DNA of 35,634 nucleotides from Candidatus Staskawiczbacteria bacterium (GCA_903839895.1 CAIMDW010000027.1:1-35634), one strand, 5' to 3'. Shown: positions 7,991-16,563, counted from the first letter of the stretch. A program made the numbers and translations. The notes: generated by a model not told the origin, from the letters alone.

Positions 7991-9531
7991 TGCGTTGTTC
8001 CCAAGAGATTATTTTTATCAACGCAAAGATAAGTTCCATTGGGCAATTTTGTTGAAACGCAGAAGTCTTGGGCCGCAGACAAGCAAGCCGGATTGCTGCT
8101 TCCATTTTTTATCAAATCTGAAACCGCAGAAATAAGCGACGGACTTTGTGAAGCTCCCTTCGGGGCCTTTATATATCCGTTTGTTGCACAGAGCAATAAA
8201 TATTTCTGGGTTTCAGCAAAAATCGCTTTGGCTGAGTTTCCAATTGCCTGAATGTCAATTCTAATTTTCTCTGCTTTTAAGAAAGGAAGCGCCAAATCTT
8301 CAAATTTGCCTGCGCCTGCGGGTTCTGCAACAGTTATTTGCTTGTTGAAATTGGAATTTGCAATATTAGCTTTTATTTTTGGACTGTCAATTTTTATTTG
8401 ATAAAGCAAATAATCTGTTTTTCCAATCCAAATTTCTGCATTCGTATCTCCAACCAAGTTTGCAATTTGGTCAGCATAAGCTGAAAGTCCGGATTTTGCC
8501 AGCATGGCGCTTGTTTTAGCTTTTGTTACGGTGGCAGAATAATGATAAGTGTCCTGGCCGCTTATAATCTGGCTGCCAAGCTGCTTTAAATTGCTGAATA
8601 AATTTGTGAAATCCAAATTCAGGTTTGGAGTTGGAATTTGTGTTCCTTGCGCTGTCGCCAAGGTTTTTATAGAGTTCTGATCGATTTTAAGCCATTTTCC
8701 TATGACTTTTGCTTTGTCATCGCCAAAAGAAATAGTATTTGAAGGATCGGCAAGTTCATTTACTTTGAAATAAAATACTCCATTCACAAAAGCCATATTT
8801 ATGCTTCCGGTGGCCGCTTGTCCCGCTGCCTGCGAAAAGTTAAACGTGAAATTTCCGTCGGCTTTCGGATTTGAAGCATCTGTAAAATCTGTTTCGCTGT
8901 TTGCATTTATAGCGAATTTTCCAATTTCTATGCTAGTTATAGAATGCATTGCCTTCACATTTTTTGTGGCCGTAACCATATTGTCAACAATTGTCTGGGA
9001 ATTAGGCGAAAATATGCTCCACAAGTAACCTGAATATGGCAAATTCACATATTGTCCGGCAGTGAAATAGATTCCAACCAAAGCAATTAAAATTACTAAA
9101 ACAATTGATAATTTCGCAATAAAATGCGACCTCGGCTTTTCGCTTAAAGTGTACATTGATTGCACAGGCGCTGTTTTTACAGTTTGGATTGGCTGGGCTT
9201 GCGGCTGCTGAACTGGAGTATTCTGCAAGATTACAGACTGGAAAGAAGGCTCGGCCTGGACCTGTGGCTGAACTTGAACTTGAGGCTGTGTTTGAGGGCC
9301 TGGTTGGCTGGCAGGTTGCGGCTGGGCCGTTTGAGGCTGTGATTGATTTATAGGCTGGAACTGGGGTTTTGTCTGTAAAACCGTACTTTGGGTTGGCGTT
9401 AAAGCCGACATGGCTTCGACAACCTCGGCTTCTGTCCAGCCATTTTTATACAACAAAGCGCGGCTCTGGTCGTCAGGCTGTTGCGCTTCCCTTGCCTTTT
9501 TTATGTAATCTAACAAAGCTTGCTCTGGCAT
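7960..9531 (-). CDS. hypothetical single-pass membrane protein: small N-terminal helical domain, Pro/Gln-rich linker, TM, large extracytoplasmic domain with a Cys-rich C-terminus
   Basis: 523-aa ORF. Contains the QPQ/PQV low-complexity run and the TM segment FIAKLSIVLVILIALVGIYF. No family recognised. Its 3' end overlaps the capA-like start by 31 nt. Confidence 0.6.
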   Translation of the reverse strand: MPEQALLDYIKKAREAQQPDDQSRALLYKNGWTEAEVVEAMSALTPTQSTVLQTKPQFQPINQSQPQTAQPQPASQPGPQTQPQVQVQPQVQAEPSFQSVILQNTPVQQPQAQPIQTVKTAPVQSMYTLSEKPRSHFIAKLSIVLVILIALVGIYFTAGQYVNLPYSGYLWSIFSPNSQTIVDNMVTATKNVKAMHSITSIEIGKFAINANSETDFTDASNPKADGNFTFNFSQAAGQAATGSINMAFVNGVFYFKVNELADPSNTISFGDDKAKVIGKWLKIDQNSIKTLATAQGTQIPTPNLNLDFTNLFSNLKQLGSQIISGQDTYHYSATVTKAKTSAMLAKSGLSAYADQIANLVGDTNAEIWIGKTDYLLYQIKIDSPKIKANIANSNFNKQITVAEPAGAGKFEDLALPFLKAEKIRIDIQAIGNSAKAIFAETQKYLLLCATNGYIKAPKGASQSPSLISAVSDLIKNGSSNPACLSAAQDFCVSTKLPNGTYLCVDKNNLLGTTQCLTYKTACK

Positions 9532-9598
9532 AAAAATATAAAATTAAAATTATTTATTTATTATACCTTTTTTTCAGCCGTCAAGCATGTGGATAAGT

Positions 9599-10705
9599 CT
9601 AAGACGAATGTGTGATATTTATTATTGCTAGCTCCAGAGGAAGCTGCGAGACTGCGGAATATTTTATTTTGTTTTCGGCGTCTATAAAAAATTCAAGCAT
9701 ATCTTGAATGTCTTTTTGGGTTAGGTCTGCGGTTTGATGTTTCATTTTATCTAATTCGGCATCAGACAGGCCGGAATTCTGCAGGTTTAAAAAAGCAGGA
9801 TTTATTTTTAGAAGCAATTGCTGTCGCAGATAAAAAACCAGGGTTTTTGTGAATTCTTGCAAGTCGACTCCGGCTTCCAGTATGGAATTTATGAATACAA
9901 TTGCGTCTTTGGCGTTTTTGGCCACCAGAAAGTCCACGAATTTGGAAATTTCGGCAACTTCCACAATTCCCAGCAATTCCTTTATATTTTCAGTTGTTAT
10001 GGTTGCATTTGGGCCAGAAAAGCTGATGCATTCGTCCAGCAAAGATTCCGCATCGCGGAAACTTCCGCGTGAATTCAAGGCAATCAGAGACAAGGCCGAA
10101 TCATCAAACTTCACGTTTTCTTTTTTAGAAATAAATTCTAGCTTTTTTATGATTTCTGGCACTTGCAATCTTTTAAAATCAAACTTTTGGCATCTGGATA
10201 AGATTGTCGGAATCATTTTGTGCGATTCTGTGGTAGCAAGCAAAAATATTGCGTGAGCCGGCGGTTCTTCCAGAGTTTTTAGCAAAGCGTTTGCCGCCGA
10301 TTTGGAAAGCTGATGGCATTCGTCAATGATGAATATTTTGTATTTTGATTTTACCGGCGAAAATTTCACGCCTTCAATTAATTGTCGTATATCATCAACT
10401 CCGGTATGCGAGGCCGCATCTATTTCAATCAAATCTATTGAATTTCCACCCATAATTTCTAGGCAGGAAGAGCATTTGTTGCAAGGCTCAAACCCTTTTT
10501 CCGGCTTTTCACAATTAATAGCTTTGGCAAAAAGCCTGGCAATTGTGGTTTTCCCGCTTCCGCGGGGCCCTGAAAACAAATAAGCATGGGAAATATTATT
10601 TCCTTTTATAGAATTGGTCAAAGTCTGCACCACATGCTCCTGCCCCACCACTTCCCCAAAGCTCTGCGGACGATATTTCCTGTATAAAACTAAATTATTT
10701 GCCAT
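9599..10705 (-). CDS. dnaX: DNA polymerase III subunit gamma/tau, short form
   Basis: YRPQSFGEVVGQEHV, Walker A GPRGSGKTT, Zn module CEKPEKGFEPCNKCSSC, Walker B IIDECHQLS, SRC motif LSRCQKF. Confidence 0.9.
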   Translation of the reverse strand: MANNLVLYRKYRPQSFGEVVGQEHVVQTLTNSIKGNNISHAYLFSGPRGSGKTTIARLFAKAINCEKPEKGFEPCNKCSSCLEIMGGNSIDLIEIDAASHTGVDDIRQLIEGVKFSPVKSKYKIFIIDECHQLSKSAANALLKTLEEPPAHAIFLLATTESHKMIPTILSRCQKFDFKRLQVPEIIKKLEFISKKENVKFDDSALSLIALNSRGSFRDAESLLDECISFSGPNATITTENIKELLGIVEVAEISKFVDFLVAKNAKDAIVFINSILEAGVDLQEFTKTLVFYLRQQLLLKINPAFLNLQNSGLSDAELDKMKHQTADLTQKDIQDMLEFFIDAENKIKYSAVSQLPLELAIINITHSS

Positions 10706-10723
10706 AAATTTATTTTAATTGAT

Positions 10724-10757
10724 TATAAAAAAATTAGGGGCTTAAATCAAGTCCCTA
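10724..10757 (-). terminator. rho-independent terminator after the zinc-ribbon gene
   Basis: Minus strand reads TAGGGAC-ttgatttaa-GCCCCTA followed by ATTTTTTTATAAT. The stem includes the TAG stop. Confidence 0.55.
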
Positions 10758-10949
10758 TATTAAATCATATAGGCGCGAATGAGGATCTTCTCCTCGATGC
10801 AAACAGGCAATTGCCTTTAATTCGTGCTGATGAGCATTTCTGTCAGCAACGTGCTGTTGTTCAAGGTCACTTGCGCATTTGGCGCAAACAGTCGCTTGCC
10901 AATGCTCAAGTGGCACTTTTCCGCATTGGACGCAAAATCTCTCGGGCAT
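10755..10949 (-). CDS. small zinc-ribbon-like protein (64 aa, CxxC...CxxC)
   Basis: Start set at the ATG at 10949, preceded by AAGGAGGTG with a 6-nt spacer. Sequence MPERFCVQCGKVPLEHWQATVCAKCASD... The longer track ORF to 11003 would overlap the GtrA-like gene. GC-rich. Confidence 0.55.
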   Translation of the reverse strand: MPERFCVQCGKVPLEHWQATVCAKCASDLEQQHVADRNAHQHELKAIACLHRGEDPHSRLYDLI

Positions 10950-10971
10950 TTTGCACCTCCTTGTAAAAGGA

Positions 10972-11526
10972 CTATTTTTTGAACACAAAAAACTTGTATC
11001 CAATAAAATTCCACAGGCCGGCCGTTATGGCAGCCAGAATTATGCTGAATTCCTGCCAAAGCTTTGCAGGCAAGATTACGGGATTCAATTTTCCGTAAAA
11101 ATAAAACGAAGCGACATTAATTGCCATGCCGCCAAGGGCAATAATAAAAAACTTTATCATTTCCTTGTGCATGCCTTTTGGCTCTGGTTTTTCAAAGCTC
11201 CAATGCTTATCAGAAAAATATTTCACAAATGTTCCAATTATAAAAGAAATTGCCTTGACCGGCAAAGAAAATGGCAGAAATAAGAAAATTAGCTGAAAAG
11301 CTTTTATATCCACAACGTCGGCAAAAGCTCCTGCCAGCACAAATTTCCCTGCCTGATAGATAAAAAGCGCTTTTTGGCGAAGTAGATACAAAATCCAAAG
11401 GCAAAATATTGATAAAATCGGAAAAATTATGAAAGCAATCCAGGCCTTGGAACCAAAAAAATCTATTGCCAGCCAGGAAACCGCCAGCCCGCAAATTGCA
11501 GAAAGAATTACATCTATTTTTTTCAT
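10972..11526 (-). CDS. GtrA-family membrane protein
   Basis: 184 aa, four or more hydrophobic segments. The KHWSFEKP segment and the C-terminal ...WNFIGYKFFVFKK are typical of GtrA-like proteins. Confidence 0.75.
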   Translation of the reverse strand: MKKIDVILSAICGLAVSWLAIDFFGSKAWIAFIIFPILSIFCLWILYLLRQKALFIYQAGKFVLAGAFADVVDIKAFQLIFLFLPFSLPVKAISFIIGTFVKYFSDKHWSFEKPEPKGMHKEMIKFFIIALGGMAINVASFYFYGKLNPVILPAKLWQEFSIILAAITAGLWNFIGYKFFVFKK

Positions 11527-11535
11527 AAGGCTTTT

Positions 11536-11559
11536 ATGCTATATTATCATATATAGCAT
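11536..11559. promoter_or_regulatory. perfect 9-bp inverted repeat in a divergent promoter region; candidate operator
   Basis: ATGCTATAT (11536..11544), 6-nt spacer tatcat, ATATAGCAT (11551..11559). Lies in the 45-nt gap between the divergent gtrA-like and phosphatidyltransferase genes. Confidence 0.3.
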
Positions 11560-11571
11560 AATTTAAACAAT

Positions 11572-12222
11572 ATGGTTTTTGACTGGCTGAAAAATTTCTT
11601 GGAAAAAATGGACCATTATAGAGATGAGTTCCTATTTTTGTTTATAAAACCTTTTTGGCCGAGAAAAATAACCCCAAACCAAATAACTTATGTGCGGATT
11701 GCGGTGGGACTGGTCTTGTTTGTTTTGCTTTTTTTCTTTAATATAGAAAACAAATCTTTGATAGTTTGGCTGTTTATTTTAGGCGTCATAACAGATTTGT
11801 TTGACGGTTCAGTTGCCAGAGGCCTTGGAAAAGTTACCGAATTTGGCGCGATGCTAGATCCAACTGCTGACAGGATTTTGATTTTGCCGATTGCAATTTA
11901 CAGCCTTTACAAATTCCACAGATGGCTTCTGTTGGCATTATTGATAACGGAAATAATAAATGCCATTTTTTCAATGTTTTACAAATCAAAGGAAATTTAT
12001 ATGGAGTCGAATATTTATGGAAAGACAAAAATGGTGCTGATGTGCATCGTGTTTGGCGCCATTCTTATTGTCTGGCCGAATCGTCCGCCAGAAATCTTCC
12101 TGGAAGCGCTTTGGATTTCGCTGATATTTTCGTATTTGAGCATGCTGGCCCGGATAATGGAGTTAAATGAGAAAGGCCTTGTAAAAAATAGAATAATAAC
12201 TAAAGAAATAATTAAAAAATGA
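11572..12222 (+). CDS. CDP-alcohol phosphatidyltransferase (PgsA-like)
   Basis: Exact family signature DLFDGSVARGLGKVTEFGAMLDPTAD, i.e. D-x2-DG-x2-AR-x8-G-x3-D-x3-D. Polytopic membrane protein. Confidence 0.85.
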   Translation: MVFDWLKNFLEKMDHYRDEFLFLFIKPFWPRKITPNQITYVRIAVGLVLFVLLFFFNIENKSLIVWLFILGVITDLFDGSVARGLGKVTEFGAMLDPTADRILILPIAIYSLYKFHRWLLLALLITEIINAIFSMFYKSKEIYMESNIYGKTKMVLMCIVFGAILIVWPNRPPEIFLEALWISLIFSYLSMLARIMELNEKGLVKNRIITKEIIKK

Positions 12223-13613
12223 AAATTTTCAACACGCTTTCAAGAAAAAAAGACATTTTTAAAGCGCGTAAAGGAAAACAGGTGAATTTATTCGTATGCG
12301 GTCCCACAGTCTATGATTATTCGCATTTGGGCCATGCCAGGAATTATGTTGTTTTTGATTCTTTCGCGAAATATTTGAAGTTTTGCGGCTTTAAAGTTTT
12401 TTATTTGCAGAATATCACCGATTTAGACGACAAAATTATTGCCAGGGCGCGTGAAAAGCAAGTCACTCCAAAAGATTTGGCAATTGCATTTGAAAAGGAA
12501 TATTTAAAAGATATGAAGGCCTTGGGAATTACCAGCGTTTCAAAATATGCCAGGGCAACTGACAATATAAAACCAATCATCAGCCAAGTGGAAAGGCTTA
12601 TGGATAAGAAATTTGCTTATAAGATAGAGAACGACGGAATTTATTTTAATATTGCAAAATTCAAGGATTACGGAAAACTGGCTGGCCGGACAACTTTGGA
12701 TGCCGAAGACGCGGTTTCGAGGATTGATTATTCAAAAGACAAAGTAAATCGCGGAGATTTTTGCGTGTGGAAATTTTCAGATGGCGAAGACCAGCCAAGC
12801 TGGCCTGCTCCTTTCGGGCGCGGAAGACCCGGTTGGCACATTGAAGATACAGCAATTACAGAAAAGTATTTCGGTCCGCAATACGACATGCATGGCGGAG
12901 CGCGCGACTTGATATTTCCCCACCACCAGGCTGAAATTGCGCAGATGGAATCTATTTCTGGAAAAAGCCCTATGGCAAAATACTGGATGCATGTGGGATT
13001 TTTGACTGTAAACGGCCAAAAAATGTCAAAATCTCTGGGAAACTTCATCACTTTGAATGATTTTCTGAAAAGATGCCCAGTAAATTATTTAAGATTTTTC
13101 ATTTCAAAAAATTTATGGTCCTCCCCTATCGATTATTCAGAGTCTGCCATGATTGAAGTAAAGTCGGCAGTGGAAAAAATTGAGGAATTTTTGAGGAAAT
13201 TGAAAGCTGTGAAAAACCCGAAATCCGACAAAAGGCTCGACGGAGAAATTAAAATATTCAAGAAAAAGTTTTATGCGGAACTGGATGAAGATTTTAATAC
13301 GCCGAAAGCTTTTGCGGTTATGTTTGAATTCATAAAAAGGGGAAACGAATTGCTTGAACAAAATTTGATTTCCAAAAAACAGGCTGGCGATATTTACAAA
13401 TTTTTCCAGGAAATGGACAAGATTTTTGGCATTATAAATTTCCAGAAAGTAAACAAGGCAATTCCCGCCGGAATAAAAAAACTTGCCGAAGAACGCGAAC
13501 TTCACCGCAAAAACAAAGAATGGCAGAAAGCCGACGAAGCTCGCCTAGCAATTGAGAAGCAAGGATTTACAGTTGACGATACAAAAGACGGCCCTGTAAT
13601 AAAAAGCCTTTAA
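12219..13613 (+). CDS. cysS: cysteine--tRNA ligase
   Basis: HIGH motif HLGHARNY, KMSKS motif KMSKSLGN, CysRS-like WHIEDTA. The start overlaps the upstream stop (ATGA). Confidence 0.95.
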   Translation: MKIFNTLSRKKDIFKARKGKQVNLFVCGPTVYDYSHLGHARNYVVFDSFAKYLKFCGFKVFYLQNITDLDDKIIARAREKQVTPKDLAIAFEKEYLKDMKALGITSVSKYARATDNIKPIISQVERLMDKKFAYKIENDGIYFNIAKFKDYGKLAGRTTLDAEDAVSRIDYSKDKVNRGDFCVWKFSDGEDQPSWPAPFGRGRPGWHIEDTAITEKYFGPQYDMHGGARDLIFPHHQAEIAQMESISGKSPMAKYWMHVGFLTVNGQKMSKSLGNFITLNDFLKRCPVNYLRFFISKNLWSSPIDYSESAMIEVKSAVEKIEEFLRKLKAVKNPKSDKRLDGEIKIFKKKFYAELDEDFNTPKAFAVMFEFIKRGNELLEQNLISKKQAGDIYKFFQEMDKIFGIINFQKVNKAIPAGIKKLAEERELHRKNKEWQKADEARLAIEKQGFTVDDTKDGPVIKSL

Positions 13614-13620
13614 TTTTTGC

Positions 13621-13661
13621 AAAAAAAAGAGACCTTTGGACAAAACCATTGGTCTTTTGTT
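13621..13661. terminator. bidirectional terminator shared by cysS and the convergent orphan operon
   Basis: A8-G, then AGACCTTTGG...CCATTGGTCT (imperfect stem), then TTTGTT. Confidence 0.5.
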
Positions 13662-13666
13662 ATATT

Positions 13667-13969
13667 TTAACCTTCGACTTCTTGCGGGACAGGAACAGAT
13701 TGTGCCTGGATTTTTTGCCGTTTTGAGGCAAAAAAGTGCTGGGCAATAGTCCTTCTTCCGTTATTGTCGGTTTCAACTCCGATTTTTCTCAATAGCAGCC
13801 AAAATGGAGTCAATGAAATAATCGCATTTTCCGATTGGATCTCGGCCAGCATGCCATGGGCATCCAACCAGGCAAATAGCAAGCCTATTGCGCAGACCGT
13901 TTCCGTATCTGGCGTTTGATCTCTTGAAATTTCATCGACTTTTTGAGCTAAGACGGCAAAGGCATACAT
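13667..13969 (-). CDS. hypothetical protein (100 aa, mostly helical), second gene of an orphan pair
   Basis: The track ORF starts at a TTG (13972). The ATG at 13969 is preceded by AAGGAGGG with a 9-nt spacer. Overlaps the upstream gene by 38 nt in another frame. No family recognised. Confidence 0.55.
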   Translation of the reverse strand: MYAFAVLAQKVDEISRDQTPDTETVCAIGLLFAWLDAHGMLAEIQSENAIISLTPFWLLLRKIGVETDNNGRRTIAQHFFASKRQKIQAQSVPVPQEVEG

Positions 13970-14492
13970 CAATGATTCCCTCCTTTTCCTTTATTAAATC
14001 TACTTCGACGATTGCAACCATTTTTTCGTGGTCGTAATCTCTCAACTTTCCAATTGAACATTCCCAAACAGTGTGCTTGGCGTTTGGCTGATTTGGGCTT
14101 TTTGGAGCAACGACAAATTTAACTCCCAGGTCATCACTCGGAATGATTACAGTTTCATTGAATCCCGGAATGAAAGAAAGCGTGTAAAGGCCATTTTCCG
14201 CCGGTATAGCAAGGTCCCGCATAATAAATACTGATACAATGCGGAAATTCCTTACGGGCGCCGTAAAAAGCTCTTTGCGCGGCTGGAAAAAATAATGCAG
14301 GTTTTCGTTTAGCGGCAGACTTGGCCCAACCACAAAGCGGTAAAGGCAACCATGATAGTATTGTTCGCATTCCCACTGCATGCGGCTTGCCGCGCCGTGT
14401 TTTCTGGCAAGAGTAAACATTCCAATCATTTCCGGCAGATCAGCCGGCGGATGTTCAGTTTTTCTAGACACCACAGTCACCTCCATTTCCAT
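13932..14492 (-). CDS. hypothetical protein (about 180-186 aa), first gene of an orphan pair
   Basis: The track ORF 13932..14672 runs across the dnaB promoter and start, so it is trimmed. The first plausible ATG is 14492 (MEMEVTVV...). GGAGGTG at codons 4-5 also suggests a GTG start at 14474 or 14471. About 53 percent GC in the sampled line. No family recognised. Confidence 0.5.
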   Translation of the reverse strand: MEMEVTVVSRKTEHPPADLPEMIGMFTLARKHGAASRMQWECEQYYHGCLYRFVVGPSLPLNENLHYFFQPRKELFTAPVRNFRIVSVFIMRDLAIPAENGLYTLSFIPGFNETVIIPSDDLGVKFVVAPKSPNQPNAKHTVWECSIGKLRDYDHEKMVAIVEVDLIKEKEGIIDVCLCRLSSKSR

Positions 14493-14529
14493 ATTTAATT
14501 TTAAATTTGCTGTTTCTTTAATTTTTGTA

Positions 14530-14558
14530 AAAATAGCATAAAAATACATTGTCGTCAA
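14530..14558 (-). promoter_or_regulatory. candidate promoter of the orphan pair, TTGACG-17 nt-TATTTT
   Basis: On the minus strand, TTGACG (14558..14553), a 17-nt spacer, then TATTTT (14535..14530). Back-to-back with the dnaB promoter. Confidence 0.4.
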
Positions 14559-14561
14559 GTC

Positions 14562-14590
14562 TTGTTCTGCACTTGCGATTTTGCTAATGT
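14562..14590 (+). promoter_or_regulatory. candidate dnaB promoter, TTGTTC-17 nt-TAATGT, with the ATG 6 nt after the -10
   Basis: TTGTTC at 14562..14567, 17-nt spacer, TAATGT at 14585..14590, then taacacATG. No SD. This geometry predicts a leaderless or near-leaderless mRNA. Confidence 0.4.
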
Positions 14591-14596
14591 TAACAC

Positions 14597-15940
14597 ATGG
14601 ATAAATTGCCTCCGCAAAATAACGAAGCAGAACAGTGCCTTTTGGGATGCTTGATGTTGGACAAAGAAGCAATTGTGAAAGTTGTCGATTTTATTCGGGC
14701 CGAAGATTTTTACAAAGGCGGGCACCAGGATGTTTACCAGTCTATGGCCGAACTTTATGAAAGGGGCGACCCGATTGATATTTTGTCTGTTTCCGCCAGG
14801 CTGAAAGAAAGGAATAAATTGGATGACATTGGAGGCTCGGCATATTTAAGTTCTCTCATAAACACGGTTCCAACCGCAACTCATGTTTACAATTATGCAA
14901 AAATTGTCAGGCAAAAGAAAATTTTGAGGGATTTGATTTCAGCTTCGCAAGAAATAGGCTTGTCTGCATTCAATGAAGCCGAAGAAGTTGATGATTTGCT
15001 GGACAAGGCTGAAAAAGCTGTTTTTGGAATTGGCCAGCGCTCGTTGACGCAGACATTTTTACCCATAAAAGACATTTTAGCCGACACTTTTGAAAGGCTG
15101 GACGAATTGTCAAAAAATGCCGGCCAAATGCGCGGAATTCCGACCAGTTTTACGGATCTGGACAAAATTTTAGGAGGTTTGCAAAAATCTGACTTGGTGG
15201 TTTTGGCTGCCAGGCCCTCGATGGGAAAAACTTCGCTGGCCTTGGATATTGCCAGAAACGTGGCGGTTTTGCAAAACAAGCCGGTGGGTTTATTCTCGCT
15301 TGAAATGTCTAAAGACCAATTAGCTGACAGGCTTTTGGCAAGCTTGGCAAACATAAATTTATGGAACATGAGGAATGGCAGGCTGACGCCGGACGATTAT
15401 TCCAGGCTCCAATACGCCATGGGAAGCTTGTCTGAATCGCCTTTATACATAGATGACGCGGGATCGGTAAATATCCTTCAAATCAGGGCTATGGCTCGCA
15501 GGTTGCAGGCAAACAAGGGCTTGTCGCTGATTGTGATTGATTACTTGCAGCTTATGGAACCTATGAATAAATTTGCTTCTCCGGTACAGCAAGTCACAGA
15601 AAACTCCAGGGCCTTGAAAATGCTGGCAAAAGAATTGAATATTCCGGTGCTGGTTTTGTCACAGCTTTCGCGAGCCGTGGAAGCCCGCACACCTCAAATC
15701 CCTCGTTTGGCTGATTTAAGAGAATCTGGAGCCATTGAACAGGATGCCGATGTTGTCATGATGATTTACCGCGAAGACAAGTACAACGAAAATTCGCTGA
15801 ACAAAAATATTGCCAAAGTTTTGATTGAAAAGCACAGAAATGGCCCGACCGGCGGAATTGATTTATATTTTGATGAAAACCGCGTAAGTTTTCGTAATTT
15901 AGACAAAGGCGAATATACATCTGACGGAGCTATGGGTTAA
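14597..15940 (+). CDS. dnaB: replicative DNA helicase DnaB
   Basis: N-terminal PPQNNEAEQCLLGCLM, Walker A ARPSMGKTS, VIDYLQLM, and RESGAIEQDADVV are classic DnaB motifs. Confidence 0.95.
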   Translation: MDKLPPQNNEAEQCLLGCLMLDKEAIVKVVDFIRAEDFYKGGHQDVYQSMAELYERGDPIDILSVSARLKERNKLDDIGGSAYLSSLINTVPTATHVYNYAKIVRQKKILRDLISASQEIGLSAFNEAEEVDDLLDKAEKAVFGIGQRSLTQTFLPIKDILADTFERLDELSKNAGQMRGIPTSFTDLDKILGGLQKSDLVVLAARPSMGKTSLALDIARNVAVLQNKPVGLFSLEMSKDQLADRLLASLANINLWNMRNGRLTPDDYSRLQYAMGSLSESPLYIDDAGSVNILQIRAMARRLQANKGLSLIVIDYLQLMEPMNKFASPVQQVTENSRALKMLAKELNIPVLVLSQLSRAVEARTPQIPRLADLRESGAIEQDADVVMMIYREDKYNENSLNKNIAKVLIEKHRNGPTGGIDLYFDENRVSFRNLDKGEYTSDGAMG

Positions 15941-15944
15941 ATTT

Positions 15945-16553
15945 ATGAACTCAATAGAAAAATTAGCGCAATTATTTAGGAAATTTCCCACGGTTGGCTC
16001 CAGGACTGCCATGCGATTTGCATATTATCTTGCAAAATTGCCCAAAGAAAAAATTGATGAATTGATAAGCGCAGTTTCCGAAGTGAAAAACAAGACAAAA
16101 TTGTGCAAAATGTGCTTTGATTTGTTTGAGCCATTCGACTCCGCTCAAAGCTTGTGCCCTATCTGCCAAAATTCTGCCAGAAATAAAAATTTGCTTTGCA
16201 TAGTGGAAAAAGAAGCCGACCTGATTTCTTTGGAAAGCACAAAAAAATTCAACGGATTATATTTTATTTTAGGCGGGACAATTTCGACAATGCGCAAAGA
16301 CGATATGTGTCACTTAAGAATTGAAGAATTTAAAAACAGAATTAAAAATAATAATTTTTCAGAAATAATTGTAGCCTTAAATCCAACGCCGGAAGGCCGA
16401 ACAACTTCTGTTTTGCTTGAAAACATAATAAAAGAAATTTTACCAAATCCAAACTTCAAAATAACTCACTTGGCACGTGGAATCCCTGTTGGCGGAGAAC
16501 TTGAATACGCCGACGAAGAAACTTTAGAAAACGCCTTGGAAGGCCGAAAATAA
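15945..16553 (+). CDS. recR: recombination protein RecR
   Basis: N-terminal helix-hairpin-helix, Zn finger CKMCFDL...CPICQ, Toprim segment LCIVEKEADL, and a length of about 200 aa. Confidence 0.9.
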   Translation: MNSIEKLAQLFRKFPTVGSRTAMRFAYYLAKLPKEKIDELISAVSEVKNKTKLCKMCFDLFEPFDSAQSLCPICQNSARNKNLLCIVEKEADLISLESTKKFNGLYFILGGTISTMRKDDMCHLRIEEFKNRIKNNNFSEIIVALNPTPEGRTTSVLLENIIKEILPNPNFKITHLARGIPVGGELEYADEETLENALEGRK

Positions 16554-16563
16554 CCAATAAAAA

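Noticed and set aside
9150-9360. Periodic GGCTG/CTGAAC-type DNA pattern that looks like a microsatellite or repeat array
   Set aside because: It is the antisense image of the Pro/Gln-rich coding linker of gene 7960..9531. The units are imperfect and stay in frame.
9588-9596. Perfect DnaA box (TTATCCACA on the minus strand) just downstream of dnaX
   Set aside because: It is a single isolated 9-mer with no cluster, no adjacent AT-rich unwinding element and no dnaA or dnaN nearby. One chance hit in about 71 kb of two-strand sequence is not surprising.
14493-14672. Upstream extension of the orphan ORF 13932..14672
   Set aside because: It would cross both divergent promoters and overlap the first 76 nt of dnaB on the opposite strand. 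Internal starts with SD-like context exist.
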